A stretch of DNA of 64,000 bases from assembly GCF_009914755.1 (NCBI RefSeq), contig NC_060928.1. One strand, given 5' to 3'. How positions within the stretch are numbered: the first letter of the stretch is position 1; every line of letters starts with the position of its first letter. Both the position numbers and the translations under genes were made by a program. Source of the DNA: the human T2T-CHM13v2.0 reference genome, Homo sapiens. Below are positions 61,201 to 64,000 of this stretch, one piece after another. The notes under the pieces were generated by a model, which searched no databases, had not been told where the DNA came from, and was given only the letters and a program-made list of their open reading frames with translations.

Positions 61201-62905
61201 TATTAATGGGTGCTTTCATATTTTATGTACAGTATATAATACATACTATGGGCACTTTGATATTTTATGTACAGTATATAATACATAATTTGGGTACTTT
61301 GATATTTTATATACACTACATAATACATACTTTGGGTACTTTGATATTTTATGTACAGTACATAATATATAGTTTGGGTACTTTGATATTGTATGTTCAG
61401 TATATAACACATACTTTCGGTACTTGGATATTTTATGTACAGTATATAATACATAATTTGGGTACTTCCATATTTTATGTACAGTATGCTATATATACTT
61501 TGGGTACTTTGATATTTTATGTCCAGTATAAAATAAAAAGTTTTGGTAATTCGATATTTTATGTACAGTGTATCATTTGAGTACTTTGATATTTAATGTA
61601 CAGTTTATTATAAATGTTCAGGTGCTTTCATATTTTATGTACAGTATATAATACATACTTTGAGCACTTTGATATTTTATGTACAGTATATAATACATAC
61701 TTTGGTCTCTTTGATGTTTTATGTACAGTATATAATACATACTTTGGGTTCTTTGATATTTTATGTGCAGAATATAATGCATAGTTTTAGGTACTTTTAT
61801 ATTTTATGTACAGTATATAATACATACTTTGGGTACTTTGATATTTTATGTACAGTATATAATACATACTTTGGGTACTTTGATATTTTATGTACAGTAT
61901 ATAATACATATTATTGGTACTTTGATATTTTATGTACAGTATACAATATATAGTTTGAGTACTTTGATATTTTATGTCCAGTATAAAATACATAGATTTC
62001 ATACTTTGATATTTTATGTACAGAATATAGTTTGAGTACTTTGATATTTTATGTACACTTTATCATAAAAGTTTGGGTACTTTCATATTTTACGTACAGT
62101 ATATAATACATACTTTGGGCACTTTGATGTTTTATGTACAGTATATAATACATACTTTGGGTTCTTTGATATGTTATGTACAGCATATAGTACATAATTT
62201 GGGGACTTTTATATTTTATGTACATTATATAATACATACTTTGGGTACTTTTATATTTTATGTACGGTATATAATACATACTTTGGGTACTTTGGTATAT
62301 TATGTACAGTATATAATACATACTTTGGGTACTTTGATATATTATGTACAGTATATAATACATACTTAGGGTACTTTGACATTTTATGTACAGTACATAA
62401 TACATACTTTGGGTACTTTGATATTTTATGTACAGTATATAATACATACTTTGGGTACTTTGATATTTTATGTACAGTATATAATACATGTTTTGGGTAC
62501 TTTTACATTTTATGTACAGTATATAATATATAGTTTGGGTACTTTGATATTTTATGTACGGTATATAATACATACTTTGGGTACTCTGATATTTTATGTA
62601 CAGTATATAATACATACTTTGGGTACTTTGATAATTTATGTACAGTATATAATACATACTTTGGGTACTTTGATATTTAATGTACAGTATATAATACACA
62701 CTTTGCGTACTTTGATATTTTATGTAAAGTATGTAATACATACTTTGGGTACTTTGATATTTTATGTACAGTATGTAATACACGCTTTGGGTACTTTGAT
62801 ATTTTATGTAGAGTATGTAAAACATACTTTGGGTAGTTTGGTATTTTATGATCAGTATATAATACATATTTTGGGTACTTTGATATTTTATGTACAGTAT
62901 ATAAT
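52290..62905 (+). repeat. Tandem duplication, 4.57-4.78-kb unit (~2.2 copies)
   Basis: Offset is 4776 for 53034/57810, 54277/59053 and 54792/59568, then 4566 for 56274/60840, 56622/61188 and 57507/62073. The 210-bp difference equals 5 monomers missing near 59.6 kb. Confidence 0.88.
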
Positions 62906-64000
62906 ACATATTATTGGTACTTTGATATTTTATGTACAGTATACAATATATAGTTTGAGTACTTTGATATTTTATGTCCAGTATAAAATACATAGATTTC
63001 ATACTTTGATATTTTATGTACAGAATATAGTTTGAGTACTTTGATATTTTATGTACACTTTATCATAAAAGTTTGGGTACTTTCATATTTTACGTACAGT
63101 ATATAATACATACTTTGGGCACTTTGATGTTTTATGTACAGTATATAATACATACTTTGGGTCCTTTGATATGTTATGTACAGCATATAGTACATAATTT
63201 GGGGACTTTTATATTTTATGTACATTATATAATACATACTTTGGGTACTTTTATATTTTATGTACGGTATATAATACATACTTTGGGTACTTTGATATAT
63301 TATGTACAGTATATAATACATACTTTGGGTACTTTGATATATTATGTACAGTATATAATACATACTTAGGGTACTTTGACATTTTATGTACAGTACATAA
63401 TACATACTTTGGGTACTTTGATATTTTATGTACAGTATATAATACATACTTTGGGTACTTTGATATTTTATGTACAGTATATAATACATGTTTTGGGTAC
63501 TTTTACATTTTATGTACAGTATATAATATATAGTTTGGGTACTTTGATATTTTATGTACGGTATATAATACATACTTTGGGTACTTTGATATTTTATGTA
63601 CAGTATATAATACATACTTTGGGTACTTTGATATTTTATGTACAGTATATAATACATACTTTGGGTACTTTGATATTTAATGTACAGTATATAATACACA
63701 CTTTGCGTACTTTGATATTTTATGTAAAGTATGTAATACATACTTTGGGTACTTTGATATTTTATGTACAGTATGTAATACACGCTTTGGGTACTTTGAT
63801 ATTTTATGTAGAGTATGTAAAACATACTTTGGGTAGTTTGGTATTTTATGATCAGTATATAATACATATTTTGGGTACTTTGATATTTTATGTACAGTAT
63901 ATAATACCTACTTTGGGTACTTTGATATTTTATGTACAGTATATAATGCATAATTTGGGTACTTCAATAGTATATGCACAGTATATAATACATACTTTGG

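Larger units (their letters stand above)
1..64000 (-). repeat. HSat1A / classical satellite I (SAR) tandem array, 42-bp monomer, about 1,500 copies, running off both window ends
   Basis: Continuous head-to-tail repeat. The minus strand reads ACATAAAATATCAAAGT (17 bp) + ACCCAAAGTATGTATTATATACTGT (25 bp), the known A/B RsaI subunits of human satellite I. The + consensus has 19 T, 13 A, 6 G, 4 C and no CpG. Orientation is the same throughout. The strand given is relative to the classical A-rich consensus. Confidence 0.95.

Noticed and set aside
30-63951. Hundreds of 60-360 aa ORFs (LGTLIFYVQYIIHT, YFGYFDILCTVYNT, MYYILYIKYQSTQS and KYPKYVLYTVHKIS repeats)
   Set aside because: 42 nt equals 14 codons and four of six consensus frames lack stops. 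The ORFs overlap on both strands, end at junction indels or random stops, and resemble no protein family.
1-64000. CRISPR-like repeat/spacer appearance (well-conserved 17-bp part, more variable 25-bp part)
   Set aside because: The would-be spacers are homologous to each other, there are no cas genes, and the unit is a known primate satellite.
1-64000. Transposon insertions, inversions, alpha satellite/CENP-B boxes, telomeric tracts
   Set aside because: None seen on reading. Isolated TTAGGG hexamers (e.g. CTTAGGG ~11658) are single-base monomer variants, not telomeric arrays.
1-64000. Assignment to a specific chromosome or species
   Set aside because: HSat1A occurs on several human chromosomes (3, 4, acrocentrics) and in apes. 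There is no unique flank, so a k-mer search against T2T assemblies is required.

Overview
The whole 64 kb is one uninterrupted, single-orientation, AT-rich (~76% AT) satellite array of about 1,500 monomers. The 42-bp consensus on + is GTACTTTGATATTTTAT-GTACAGTATATAATACATACTTTGG (17+25 bp between RsaI GTAC sites). This matches primate/human Satellite 1A (HSat1A, classical satellite I, Repbase SAR) in reverse complement; species and chromosome cannot be fixed from the sequence. No genes, transposons or inversions are visible. All ORFs are artefacts of the 42-nt (14-codon) period. The interest lies in the internal architecture. (i) An ordered junction cassette with a 35-bp and a 41-bp monomer splits the array into variable-length blocks of about 42n-8 bp. 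(ii) There are nested recent tandem duplications of ~1.2, 1.99, 2.74, ~6.99, 4.59 and 4.57-4.78 kb. (iii) Two block families alternate with a possible ~40-kb super-period. (iv) There is a length-neutral gene-conversion-like tract, and some variants perfect an internal palindrome. (v) The minus strand of the consensus monomer carries a perfect Pumilio element (UGUACAUA), and many junctions carry AAUAAA, which gives a testable but unproven RNA-sponge hypothesis. I see no evidence of a novel protein-coding system.
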